A stretch of 55,396 bases of DNA from Cytophagales bacterium. GTDB lineage: Bacteria > Bacteroidota > Bacteroidia > Cytophagales > UBA9547. The notes under the pieces were generated by a model, which ran no database searches, was not told where the DNA came from, and saw nothing but the letters and a program-made list of their open reading frames with translations. The stretch covers positions 1-55,396 of the forward strand of contig JACMRH010000340.1 of the NCBI GenBank assembly GCA_014376535.1, read 5' to 3'. This document shows, in pieces, positions 1-9,526 of the stretch (position 1 is its first letter; the number at the start of each line of letters is the position of its first letter). The position numbers and the translations under genes were made by a program.

Positions 1-570
1 AATGCCTATAACCTCCTTGGGGTTTATGCTGTTGGTGTTTTGCTTGGGGAAGAACCAGATGAAGTATTAGCGAAACTTTCTGCATTGGAAGGCGCCCGGG
101 GCCGATTTGAACAATTTATTTCCAAAGATAAAATTACAGCCATAATTGATTACGCACACACGCCTGATGCTTTGGAAAATGTGCTTCAGACAATTCAGGA
201 ATTGCGTTCAGGCAAAGAACAAATAATTACCGTGATAGGATGTGGCGGGAACAGGGATGCCACTAAAAGACCAATTATGGCACAAATAGCAGCAAAATTC
301 AGCGACAAGGCTGTCTTGACTTCCGATAATCCAAGAAATGAAGAGCCAACTGAAATTTTAAACCAAATGGAAGCAGGTTTAAAGCTAGCCGATAAGAAAA
401 AGACACTGACGATTGTTGACAGGAAAGAAGCAATTAAAACAGCATGCATGCTGGCAAAACCTGGAGACATTATCCTGATTGCCGGCAAAGGGCATGAAGA
501 CTACCAGGAAATTAAAGGAGTAAAGCATCCTTTTGACGATAAAAAGATTGTGACAGAATATCTGAAATAA
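1..570 (+). CDS. murE: UDP-N-acetylmuramoyl-L-alanyl-D-glutamate--2,6-diaminopimelate ligase, C-terminal part (5' end lies outside the window)
   Basis: Frame is open from nt 1 ([17 protein letters not shown]...). Mur-ligase C-terminal motifs are present: [34 protein letters not shown]. Position at the head of the dcw cluster. Confidence 0.9.
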   Translation, partial: NAYNLLGVYAVGVLLGEEPDEVLAKLSALEGARGRFEQFISKDKITAIIDYAHTPDALENVLQTIQELRSGKEQIITVIGCGGNRDATKRPIMAQIAAKFSDKAVLTSDNPRNEEPTEILNQMEAGLKLADKKKTLTIVDRKEAIKTACMLAKPGDIILIAGKGHEDYQEIKGVKHPFDDKKIVTEYLK

Positions 571-571
571 T

Positions 572-781
572 ATGAAAGAAAAGGATTTAAAAAAAGTACC
601 CATCATGGATTTGTTTGAGCAGCTGATAAGCTCAGGTGAAACAGTGAGTATCATTGAAGCCATTAAAAAAGAACGGGGCAACGATCAGGTTATCGATTCA
701 AGGTCAAAAGAATTAGAAAACAGACAGGATATCTTAAAAAACCTTCCTGGAAATAAAATTAAGGGGGATAAAAACGAATAA
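572..781 (+). CDS. hypothetical small, highly charged protein (69 aa) wedged between murE and mraY
   Basis: The ATG lies 1 nt after the murE stop codon, and the stop lies 2 nt before the mraY ATG. The 69 codons are open in an AT-rich genome with purine-rich, coding-like codons. I recognise no family. Confidence 0.5.
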   Translation: MKEKDLKKVPIMDLFEQLISSGETVSIIEAIKKERGNDQVIDSRSKELENRQDILKNLPGNKIKGDKNE

Positions 782-783
782 GT

Positions 784-2010
784 ATGCTTTACTACTTTTT
801 TGAATATCTGGAACAACATTTCGATTTTTTCGGGGCAGGTGTATTTCAATACATTTCCTTCCGGGCATCTATGGCCATGGTATTTTCATTGCTCATTTCA
901 TTGATCTATGGAAAAAAATTAATCAATTTTTTAAGGAAAAAACAGGTTGGAGAATCAGTTCGTGAACTTGGATTGGCCGGACAAGTAGAAAAAACGGGAA
1001 CTCCGACAATGGGTGGAATAATGATCCTGATTTCCATCATAATACCAACCTTATTATTTGCAAGATTGAGCAGTGTCTACATCATCATTTTATTGATCGC
1101 AACTGTTTGGATGGCGATTGTAGGTTTTATTGACGATTACATTAAGGTTTTCAAGAAAAACAAGGAAGGACTACATGGTAAATTTAAAATTATTGGTCAG
1201 ATCGGCATCGGGATTGTTGTAGGGCTTATTCTCTATTTCAACAAGTTCGTGGTAGTGAGAGAATATGTACATGGCGATTCAGGTTTTGTCTCACTTACGC
1301 GGGTTTCTTCCTTTTATCATGATGTGAAATCCATGATCACTTCTATTCCTTTTCTAAAGGACAATGAATTTGATTATAATCTTATTCTTGGCTGGTTAAA
1401 TCCGGATTACACCTGGGCGGTATATGTTCTGGTAGTTGTTTTTATCATAACAGCAGTTTCTAACGGAGCAAATATTACAGATGGAATTGACGGTTTGGCT
1501 GCAGGAACATCAGCTATAATAGGTCTGACCCTGATGATTTTAGCATATCTGTCAGGAAATGCCATTTTCGCTGATTATCTGAACATCATGTACATTCCCA
1601 ATTCCGGGGAGCTTGTTATTTACTGTGCAGCTTTTACCGGAGCCTGCATTGGTTTCCTTTGGTACAACTCTTATCCTGCCCAGATTTTTATGGGTGACAC
1701 AGGAAGTTTAATGTTAGGTGGCTGTATTGCCACAATGGCCTTGTGTTTAAGAAAAGAGCTTTTGATCCCGGTACTATGCGGAATATTTCTGATTGAAAAC
1801 CTGTCAGTGATGCTTCAGGTAAGCTATTTCAAATATCAAAAGAAGAAACATGGAATAGAATATGCACGCGCAAACAGGTTATTCAGAATGTCACCACTTC
1901 ATCATCATTATCAAAAAGGAGGTTTCCATGAATCCAAAATTGTTATTCGTTTTTTAATCTTAGGAGTACTCTTGTCCATTGTAACCTTAGCAACTTTAAA
2001 ACTAAGATAG
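784..2010 (+). CDS. mraY: phospho-N-acetylmuramoyl-pentapeptide transferase
   Basis: Polytopic membrane protein with [15 protein letters not shown] and [12 protein letters not shown] motifs; dcw position. Confidence 0.95.
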   Translation: MLYYFFEYLEQHFDFFGAGVFQYISFRASMAMVFSLLISLIYGKKLINFLRKKQVGESVRELGLAGQVEKTGTPTMGGIMILISIIIPTLLFARLSSVYIIILLIATVWMAIVGFIDDYIKVFKKNKEGLHGKFKIIGQIGIGIVVGLILYFNKFVVVREYVHGDSGFVSLTRVSSFYHDVKSMITSIPFLKDNEFDYNLILGWLNPDYTWAVYVLVVVFIITAVSNGANITDGIDGLAAGTSAIIGLTLMILAYLSGNAIFADYLNIMYIPNSGELVIYCAAFTGACIGFLWYNSYPAQIFMGDTGSLMLGGCIATMALCLRKELLIPVLCGIFLIENLSVMLQVSYFKYQKKKHGIEYARANRLFRMSPLHHHYQKGGFHESKIVIRFLILGVLLSIVTLATLKLR

Positions 2011-2015
2011 TCAAT

Positions 2016-3374
2016 ATGAAAGATTTCAAAAACATCATCATTCTAGGGTCCGGCGAAAGCGGGACGGGAGCCGCGCTTTTGGCGAAGGCTCAGGGATTTG
2101 ATGTTTTTGTTTCTGACTCCGGAGAAATAGCTCAAAAGCACAAAGAAGAACTAATTAAAAATCTTATTCCTTTTGAAGAAGGTGCCCACACCTGGGAAGT
2201 AATTGCTGATGCTGATCAAATTATAAAAAGCCCAGGAATTCCTGACAAAGCTGAGATCATGAAAAAGATCTATGCTAGTGGCATTCCGGTTATTTCTGAA
2301 ATAGAATTTGGATTTCAATATTCAATAGGAAAAATAATTGCAGTTACTGGCAGCAATGGAAAAACTACTACAACTAGTTTAATCTACCATATTCTCAAAG
2401 AAGCAGGATTTAAGGTTGGGCTTGGTGGAAATATCGGTGAAAGCTTTGCTCGGAAAGCCATTGACAACCCTTATGATGTTTGGGTGTTGGAACTAAGCAG
2501 CTTTCAGCTTGATCATTGTTTTACATTTAGACCAGACATTTCTGTTTTAATGAATATCACCCCTGACCATCTGGATAGGTATGAATATAAATTTGAAAAT
2601 TATATAGATTCTAAATTCAGAATTATTCAGGCGCAACAACCTGAGGATAAGTTTATTGTTTTCACAGACAACGAACCAATAGTTTCAGAATTACAGAAAA
2701 GAGCAATAAAGCCTCAAATTTTACCAATATCTCTTGTTCAGCAACCTGTCACTGGTGCATGGCTGGATAATAAATCTCTCATTGTCAATGCCGGCAAACA
2801 AAGCGTGGTTGTTCCTTTAGACAAAATAGCTATTCAGGGAAAACACAATATGTTGAATGCAATGGCTTCCATTACTGCTTGTTTAGAAGCAGGAGTTCCA
2901 GCTGATAAAATCCTGGAAGGCTTACAAACTTTCAAACCAGTAGAACACCGCCTCGAGCCAGTAGCAGACATAGAAGGAATTCATTTCATTAACGACTCCA
3001 AAGCAACCAATGTAGATTCTGTATTCTATGCTCTTGACAGCATGAAAACTCCCGTAATCCTGATTGCAGGCGGTGTTGATAAGGGAAATGAATACAGTCA
3101 GATTGAAGAACTGGTAAAGAAAAAAGTTAAGCTCCTAGTTTGCATGGGCAAGGACAATTCAAAGCTACTTGCCTATTTCGACGGAAAAGTGGAAATAAAA
3201 GAGACAAGCTCGATTGAACAGGCTGTGGCTATTGCATTTAATTCTGCAAAGAAGGGAGATACAGTATTGCTATCACCGGCTTGTGCCAGCTTCGATTTGT
3301 TTAAAAATTACGAGGATCGTGGAAAGCAATTCAAACAACAGGTAGGAAACTTAAAAGCTATAAGCTCTATATAA
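2016..3374 (+). CDS. murD: UDP-N-acetylmuramoylalanine--D-glutamate ligase
   Basis: N-terminal GSGESGTGAA Rossmann-like motif, GSNGKTTTT P-loop, NDSKATN; dcw position. Confidence 0.95.
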   Translation: MKDFKNIIILGSGESGTGAALLAKAQGFDVFVSDSGEIAQKHKEELIKNLIPFEEGAHTWEVIADADQIIKSPGIPDKAEIMKKIYASGIPVISEIEFGFQYSIGKIIAVTGSNGKTTTTSLIYHILKEAGFKVGLGGNIGESFARKAIDNPYDVWVLELSSFQLDHCFTFRPDISVLMNITPDHLDRYEYKFENYIDSKFRIIQAQQPEDKFIVFTDNEPIVSELQKRAIKPQILPISLVQQPVTGAWLDNKSLIVNAGKQSVVVPLDKIAIQGKHNMLNAMASITACLEAGVPADKILEGLQTFKPVEHRLEPVADIEGIHFINDSKATNVDSVFYALDSMKTPVILIAGGVDKGNEYSQIEELVKKKVKLLVCMGKDNSKLLAYFDGKVEIKETSSIEQAVAIAFNSAKKGDTVLLSPACASFDLFKNYEDRGKQFKQQVGNLKAISSI

Positions 3375-4513
3375 TGCAGGCAACAGCAAATAGCAATCTC
3401 AAACAGCAATTTGAAAAATATTTCAAAGGAGATCCAGTTATATGGTTCGTGGTTTTCACGCTGGCTATTTTGTCGGTACTGACTGTTTACAGTGCTGCCG
3501 GGACCTTGGCCTTTAAAAAGCATCATGGCAATACCGAATACTTCCTGATCAAGCAATTGATTTTTGTGGGTATCTCATTGTTTGTGATGTGGTTAGCGCA
3601 TTTGGTAGACTATCGTTACTATTCTAAAATCTCCCGATTTGCACTTTTGGTTTCAGTTCCCTTCCTGTTATTTTCATTCTTTTTCGGTTCAAAAATCAAT
3701 GATGCTTCCAGATGGCTAACAATTCCAATTATCAATCAAACTTTTCAACCATCTGACTTGGCTAAGTTTGCCTTGATTGCCAACCTGGCGGCTATGCTGG
3801 CAAAGCATCAATCAGACATTGAAGACATAAAAAATGCCTTGATCCCGATGCTTTTATGGTGCGGGGCCATTTGCGGATTAATTGCTTTAAGTAACATGTC
3901 CACCGCGATGATGATGTTCGCAACCTGCCTTCTATTAATGTACATCGGCCGGGTTCCATTGAAATACCTGGCCATGCTGATGTTGATCGGAATTCTGGCA
4001 ATAAGCTTGGCCCTCGCGTTTGGACAAAGACTTGGAACATTCACTAACAGGATTAAATCTTTCCTTGATCCACAGGAAGTTCCATTTCAGTTAGAGCAAT
4101 CTTACATCGCCATTTCAACGGGAGGAATTACGGGAAAAGGTCCGGGGAACAGTACCCAACGCAATTTCCTACCTCACCCATATTCAGATTTTATATTCGC
4201 CATCATTATAGAAGAATATGGATTGATCGGTGGAGTTGGTGTTCTGGCTCTTTACCTGATGCTACTTTATCGGGGTATGATTACCGTTGCAAACAGCCAG
4301 GGAGCATTTGGAGGATTGCTCTCCGCCGGCCTCTGTTTTCTCATTGTGATCCAGGCATTGATCAATATGGGTGTAGCTGTTGGATTAGGACCTATTACCG
4401 GATTACCCTTGCCTTTACTAAGCATGGGAGGAACATCTTTGTTGTTTACAGGTATTTCCATTGGAATTATCCTGAGTGTAAGCAGAGGTGAAAGAACAGA
4501 AACTGTAGCATGA
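3374..4513 (+). CDS. ftsW: FtsW/SEDS family peptidoglycan glycosyltransferase (cell division)
   Basis: About 10 TM segments with SEDS motifs (QPSDLAKF, LPHPYSDFIF, GLPLPLLSMGGTS). The ATG overlaps the murD stop by 1 nt; dcw position. Confidence 0.9.
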   Translation: MQATANSNLKQQFEKYFKGDPVIWFVVFTLAILSVLTVYSAAGTLAFKKHHGNTEYFLIKQLIFVGISLFVMWLAHLVDYRYYSKISRFALLVSVPFLLFSFFFGSKINDASRWLTIPIINQTFQPSDLAKFALIANLAAMLAKHQSDIEDIKNALIPMLLWCGAICGLIALSNMSTAMMMFATCLLLMYIGRVPLKYLAMLMLIGILAISLALAFGQRLGTFTNRIKSFLDPQEVPFQLEQSYIAISTGGITGKGPGNSTQRNFLPHPYSDFIFAIIIEEYGLIGGVGVLALYLMLLYRGMITVANSQGAFGGLLSAGLCFLIVIQALINMGVAVGLGPITGLPLPLLSMGGTSLLFTGISIGIILSVSRGERTETVA

Positions 4514-4550
4514 GGAGGATAAAAGTTAAACGACTCATACAATAAGAATT

Positions 4551-7259
4551 ATGTCAGAACAGACTAAAAATATAGAAACTGAATTTTCAAGGCTAGAAAC
4601 CTTGAAGGTAATTATATCTGGTGGCGGGACCGGCGGCCATATTTACCCGGCCATTGCTATTGCCAATTCCCTAAAGGAAATGGTACCCTCTGCTGATATC
4701 CTTTTTGTAGGGGCGCAGGGAAGAATGGAAATGGAGAAAGTGCCTGAAGCAGGATACAAAATCAAAGGATTGTGGATTAGTGGTTTTCAGAGGAGTTTGT
4801 CTTTGAAAAACCTCCTTTTCCCTATCAAGCTTTTGTACAGTATGTATGCTGCTAAAAAGATCGTAACCGAATTTAACCCGGATATAGTAGTGGGTGTAGG
4901 AGGTTATGCAAGCGGACCGACTTTGAAAGCAGCCCAGCAAAATAATATACCTACTATTATCCAGGAGCAAAACTCATATGCTGGTGTTACAAACAAACTT
5001 TTGGCAGAAAAAGTAACTTCTGTTTGTGTTGCCTATGAAGGCATGGAGAAATATTTTGCTGAAGACAAAATCATTTTCACAGGAAATCCTGTTCGAAAAG
5101 ACATTTTAAACCTTCAGGGAAAAAGAGAAGAAGCAGCTAAGTTCTTCAAACTAGACCCTAACAAAAGAACAATCCTGGTCATTGGTGGAAGCCAGGGAGC
5201 AAGAACCATTAATGAAAGTATTGATGAAGGTTTTGATAAACTCATTTACAAAGGCATTCAGCTGATCTGGCAAACTGGTAAAACCTATTACCCAATCGCA
5301 AAAAAGACCGATTTTCGCCATCAGACTAGCCTGGTCCGGATTTATGAATTTATTAAACAAATGGATCTTGCCTATTCAATGGCTGATGTGGTTGTTTCCC
5401 GCGCCGGTGCTTTGTCCATCTCGGAATTATGCCTGGTTAGAAAACCAATCATCCTGGTGCCTTCTCCAAATGTGGCTGAGGATCATCAAACAAAAAATGC
5501 ACAGGCTTTAGTGGAGAAAGGTGCAGCCATTATCGTCAGGGACCATGAAGCTTATGGAAAATTGGTGATCAAAGCCATGGAGCTTTTGAATGATGAGGAA
5601 CTGAAAACTAAGCTTATCACCAATATTGGATCTTTGGGAAGGCCAAATGCTGCTTATGATATTGCTATTCAGGTTTTGAAATCAGCCGGCAAATTCCATC
5701 TGGCTAAACCTGTGGCTGCATTTGAGAATATTCAACCAGCAGTAGTTGAGAATATTCAATCTACCATTACTACTCAAAGTGAGAAAACCGAAGAACTAAA
5801 AACTCCTCAACCTGTCAAAACCAAAAAAGCAGAATCTAAAACTGGAACTGGTTCTCAAATTGAAAATAAAGAATTCACAGGCCAGGAGAAATTCAGCCAT
5901 GTATATCTGATTGGTATTGGCGGAATAGGAATGAGTGCATTGGCCAGATATTTCAAAGGAGTAGGTTATGAAGTGGCTGGTTATGATAAAACCTCCACGG
6001 ATTTAACAAAAGCTCTTGAGGATGAAGGTATTGCTGTACACTATGACGATAATGTAAAAATGGTCCCAACCGAATTTAAGGTTAAGGACGATACTTTGAT
6101 TGTCTATACCCCGGCAATTCCCGACAACATGTGGGAGCTGAATTATTTCCGTCATAATGGATTTAATGTGGTAAAACGTTCCCAGGTTTTAGGGGTTCTT
6201 TCGAAAGGTAAATACACCATAGCTATCGCAGGTACGCACGGAAAAACGACCACCTCAACAATGGTCGCACATTTGCTTCAATCTGCAGGAAGAACAAACA
6301 GTGCTTTTTTAGGGGGTATCAGTGCTAATTATAAAAGCAATATCATCATAGGCAGCAATGATGGGGCAATGGTTGTGGAGGCAGATGAATATGACAGATC
6401 ATTTCTGACCTTAGAACCTGACATTGCCATCATTACCAGCACAGACGCTGACCATCTTGACATTTATGAAAATCATGCAGCAGTCATCGATGCATTCAAA
6501 CAATTTGTTGGCAAGATCAAAAAGGGAGGTACGTTAATCTGCAAAGCAGGCTTAAACCTAAAACCTAAACAAGGAGTAAAACTTCTGGACTATGGCACAC
6601 CAGAAAGCAAATGCAGGGCTGAAAATATCAGAATTGAGAATGGGTTGTTCACCTTCGATTACGTTTCTCCAACAGCCTCCATCCCAAATCTTGAATTAAA
6701 GGTTCCAGGTTTCCATAATGTTGAAAACGCGGTCGCTGCAATCACGGTTGCGCTTCATCAACAAGTAAAACCAGAGCAAATAGTAGAAGGGATCAAAACT
6801 TTCGCTGGTGTAAAAAGACGTTTCGAATACATCGTAAAAACTGATAAGCTGGTTTACATTGATGATTACGCCCACCACCCAGCCGAGCTTGAAGCATTAT
6901 TGACTTCTGCAAAAGCCCTTTACCCTGATCGCAAAGTAACAGTGGTGTTTCAGCCGCACTTGTTTAGCAGAACCAAAGATTTTGCTAAAGAATTTGGCAC
7001 AAGCCTGTCCATAGCAGATGAAGTTTTCTTGCTTGATATTTATCCAGCAAGAGAAGCCCCTATTCCGGGAGTAACTTCAGAATTGATTTTGGAATCAGTA
7101 AAAGCAGCATCAAAAAGACTTTGCTCAAAAGCAAACCTGATCAACATTTTATCAGACATAGAAACTGATGTTTTAATCACTGCCGGGGCAGGAGACATAG
7201 ACAAATTTGTAGAACCTATAAAAGAACTATTACTTAAAAAGTTGACAGTTAACAGTTGA
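4551..7259 (+). CDS. murG/murC: fused MurG (lipid II GlcNAc transferase) and MurC (UDP-MurNAc--L-alanine ligase), 902 aa
   Basis: One uninterrupted ORF. The N-terminal half has GGGTGGHIYPA, GGSQGAR and SRAGALSISE (MurG). The C-terminal half has IGIGGIGMSALA, GTHGKTTT and DDYAHHPAE (MurC). A roughly 60-aa K/T/E/Q/P-rich linker spans nt ~5690-5895. Confidence 0.9.
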   Translation: MSEQTKNIETEFSRLETLKVIISGGGTGGHIYPAIAIANSLKEMVPSADILFVGAQGRMEMEKVPEAGYKIKGLWISGFQRSLSLKNLLFPIKLLYSMYAAKKIVTEFNPDIVVGVGGYASGPTLKAAQQNNIPTIIQEQNSYAGVTNKLLAEKVTSVCVAYEGMEKYFAEDKIIFTGNPVRKDILNLQGKREEAAKFFKLDPNKRTILVIGGSQGARTINESIDEGFDKLIYKGIQLIWQTGKTYYPIAKKTDFRHQTSLVRIYEFIKQMDLAYSMADVVVSRAGALSISELCLVRKPIILVPSPNVAEDHQTKNAQALVEKGAAIIVRDHEAYGKLVIKAMELLNDEELKTKLITNIGSLGRPNAAYDIAIQVLKSAGKFHLAKPVAAFENIQPAVVENIQSTITTQSEKTEELKTPQPVKTKKAESKTGTGSQIENKEFTGQEKFSHVYLIGIGGIGMSALARYFKGVGYEVAGYDKTSTDLTKALEDEGIAVHYDDNVKMVPTEFKVKDDTLIVYTPAIPDNMWELNYFRHNGFNVVKRSQVLGVLSKGKYTIAIAGTHGKTTTSTMVAHLLQSAGRTNSAFLGGISANYKSNIIIGSNDGAMVVEADEYDRSFLTLEPDIAIITSTDADHLDIYENHAAVIDAFKQFVGKIKKGGTLICKAGLNLKPKQGVKLLDYGTPESKCRAENIRIENGLFTFDYVSPTASIPNLELKVPGFHNVENAVAAITVALHQQVKPEQIVEGIKTFAGVKRRFEYIVKTDKLVYIDDYAHHPAELEALLTSAKALYPDRKVTVVFQPHLFSRTKDFAKEFGTSLSIADEVFLLDIYPAREAPIPGVTSELILESVKAASKRLCSKANLINILSDIETDVLITAGAGDIDKFVEPIKELLLKKLTVNS

Positions 7260-7326
7260 CGGTTTACCGTTCATTCTTGATACTCGATACTACATACTTG
7301 ATACTAATTTGATACTAAATACTAAC
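7241..7326 (+). repeat. heptanucleotide tandem tract, consensus (G/C)TTGA(C/T)A, 9 in-phase units followed by slipped units
   Basis: GTTGACA GTTAACA GTTGACG GTTTACC GTTCATT CTTGATA CTCGATA CTACATA CTTGATA (7241-7303), then TGATACT and AATACT copies. It spans the murC stop (7257-7259) and the ftsQ TTG start (7309). Confidence 0.8.
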
Positions 7327-8076
7327 ATAAAGACCCTTATCCAGATCAGCATCGCAATCGTGATTTTGCTGGGCTTGTTTGGCTTTGCCAACAGCAAGCA
7401 AGGGGATATGCGTGTGGTAAAAGCTGATGTCTACGTGAAACAGGCGTACGACAACTATTTTATTGACGAAAAGGATGTGATGGCTTTGATGACAATAAAA
7501 GGAACAGAGGTGTTGGAAGAAGAAGCTTTCAAAAAATTGAGCTTTAAGGAATTGGAGAAAAGAATCAAAGAAAATCTGTTTGTAGAAGATGTACAGGTTT
7601 ACAGAGATGTGAAAGGGAATCTATATGCCAAAGTGGTTCAGAGAAAGCCCATTTTCCGAATCGCAAGATCTTATGGAAAAGACTTTTATGTGGATACTTA
7701 TGGAAACATTTTTCCAATATCTGATAAATTCACTGCACGCGTGCTTATAGCAGACGGCCCTTATATGAACAAGCTGCTGAGCAAAGGATTCAAAAAGGAT
7801 TCTACCAATAAAAATTACCTGGAATTCATTAAAAAAGTAGAAAACGACAAGTTCCTCAATTCCCAGATCCACCAGATAAGTGTGGACAATCTGGGTAGAA
7901 TTAACATGTACCAGCAGGTTGGATCCCAGGTTATTGAATTTGGCTACCCCGATAAGTTTATGGAGGCTAAATTCAAAAAATTAAAAGTGTTCTACGAGCG
8001 TATCCTACCTGCAAAAGGATGGAATGCTTATAAACGAGTGAATTTGAATTACGAAAACCAGATAGTATGTGAGTAG
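7309..8076 (+). CDS. ftsQ: cell division protein FtsQ/DivIB (TM anchor plus POTRA)
   Basis: Single N-terminal TM helix (IQISIAIVILLGLFGFA) followed by a POTRA-like region; position between murC and ftsA. TTG is the only plausible start upstream of the TM helix. Confidence 0.75.
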   Translation: MILNTNIKTLIQISIAIVILLGLFGFANSKQGDMRVVKADVYVKQAYDNYFIDEKDVMALMTIKGTEVLEEEAFKKLSFKELEKRIKENLFVEDVQVYRDVKGNLYAKVVQRKPIFRIARSYGKDFYVDTYGNIFPISDKFTARVLIADGPYMNKLLSKGFKKDSTNKNYLEFIKKVENDKFLNSQIHQISVDNLGRINMYQQVGSQVIEFGYPDKFMEAKFKKLKVFYERILPAKGWNAYKRVNLNYENQIVCE

Positions 8077-8103
8077 TACTGAGTACTTAGTATTGAGTAT
8101 TGA
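8069..8103 (+). repeat. heptanucleotide tandem tract GTGAGTA GTACTGA GTACTTA GTATTGA GTATTGA
   Basis: Five in-phase 7-mers read directly from the sequence. The tract covers the ftsQ stop (8074-8076) and the ORF-track TTG 'start' of ftsA at 8100. Confidence 0.75.
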
Positions 8104-8189
8104 GACAGACGGAAATGAGACCTAGAAATATAATTGACAGAATTTTAAATAAGAAAGAAGAAATCAAAGACAGTAAAACCCTAAAGAAG

Positions 8190-9521
8190 ATGGATAAAGA
8201 TAAAATTGTAGTCGGACTGGATATTGGTACTACCAAGATCTGCGCAATAGCAGGCCGCAAAAATGAGTTCGGAAAGCTTGAAATTCTCGGCATGGGAAAA
8301 GCTGTTTCAGAAGGTGTAACACGTGGCGTTGTTACCAATATTGACCGCACGGTCGAGGCTATTCAAAAAGCCATTTTTGAAGCTGAAGAGCAGGCAGGAA
8401 TTGACATTACTGAAGTGAACGTAGGTATTGCCGGTCAGCATATCCGCAGTGCGCAACATCATGGCGTGATCATGAGAAGCAACCCTCAGAATGAAATTAA
8501 TGTAGAGGATATCAGAAGGCTATCTGAAGACATGTTTAAAATTGTAATCCCTCCGGGAAATGAAATTATACATGTAATGCCACAGGATTACACTATAGAT
8601 TATGAAGCAGGTGTTAAAGATCCTGTGGGAATGGCCGGTGCAAGAATGGAAGCAGATTTTCACGTCATCACAGCACACACAAGTGCCATTGCAAACATCA
8701 ACAAATGCGTGCGTAAAGCAGGTTTAGAAGTTGTGGAGCTTGTTTTAGAGCCTTTGGCATCTTGCTTATCTGTTTTGGAAGAGGATGAAAAAGAAGCTGG
8801 TGTTGTTTTGGTTGACATTGGCGGTGGTACAACAGATGTTGCCATTTTCTATGAAGGTATCATTCGTCACACCGCGGTAATTCCATTCGGTGGAAATATC
8901 ATTACAAACGACATTAAACAAGGTTGTATGGTAATGCACAACCAGGCTGAACAATTGAAAGTTAAGTTTGGCCGTGCCATTGCAGGTGAAGCCAATACCA
9001 ATGAAATCATTTCTATCCCGGGATTAAGAAACAGAATTCCTAAAGAAATCTCTATCAAAAATCTTGCTCATATAATTGAAGCAAGAATGGAAGAAATCAT
9101 TGAACTGGTTCATTCGGAAATTATTCAATCTGGCCTAGATGGTAGATTGGCTGGTGGAATTGTATTGACAGGTGGTGGATCTCAAATGCAAAGTTTGAAG
9201 CAGCTTTTTGAATACATGACCGGAATGGACGCCAGAATTGGTTATCCAAACGAGCATTTAGGCAAAGGAAAAGTAGATGCAGTTAAAAGCCCGATGTACG
9301 CAACATCAGTTGGATTGGTACTGGCTGGGTTCCAGGCGCTTGATTACAGAGAAAATTTGTACAACGAAAAAAGTACAAGTAACATGTACAAAACAGCCCC
9401 TAAAAAGGAAAATGTGATTTCAAACAAAATGAACTTCGGAAGCTCAAGTTTCTTTGTAAACATTCTTGAAAGAACAAAAGGAATGCTAATGGACGACTTT
9501 AACGATAAAAACGGATATTAA
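8190..9521 (+). CDS. ftsA: cell division protein FtsA
   Basis: Actin-like ATPase motifs (VGLDIGTTKI, VDIGGGTTDVAIF, LTGGGSQ) and a C-terminal amphipathic tail. I chose the ATG at 8190 (MDKDKIVVGLDIGTTK), the typical FtsA N-terminus. The in-frame upstream codons at 8100 (TTG) and 8115 (ATG) run into the heptad repeat. Confidence 0.9.
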   Translation: MDKDKIVVGLDIGTTKICAIAGRKNEFGKLEILGMGKAVSEGVTRGVVTNIDRTVEAIQKAIFEAEEQAGIDITEVNVGIAGQHIRSAQHHGVIMRSNPQNEINVEDIRRLSEDMFKIVIPPGNEIIHVMPQDYTIDYEAGVKDPVGMAGARMEADFHVITAHTSAIANINKCVRKAGLEVVELVLEPLASCLSVLEEDEKEAGVVLVDIGGGTTDVAIFYEGIIRHTAVIPFGGNIITNDIKQGCMVMHNQAEQLKVKFGRAIAGEANTNEIISIPGLRNRIPKEISIKNLAHIIEARMEEIIELVHSEIIQSGLDGRLAGGIVLTGGGSQMQSLKQLFEYMTGMDARIGYPNEHLGKGKVDAVKSPMYATSVGLVLAGFQALDYRENLYNEKSTSNMYKTAPKKENVISNKMNFGSSSFFVNILERTKGMLMDDFNDKNGY

Positions 9522-9526
9522 ACAAC

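Noticed and set aside
8100-8189. The N-terminal extensions given in the ORF track. These are ftsA 8100, the aminotransferase gene 12685, mreD 16910, guaB 18431, the outer-membrane protein gene 29188, nuoD 29965 and argB 34941. Also kinase 37597, higB 42023, recJ 41967, the LuxR regulator gene 44565, kinase 50791 and the DUF4197-like gene 53673.
   Set aside because: Most use TTG or GTG, and all run through terminator hairpins, heptad repeats or -7 promoter boxes, or add residues ahead of a clear signal peptide or conserved N-terminus. I used the downstream ATG in each case; the stop coordinates are unchanged.
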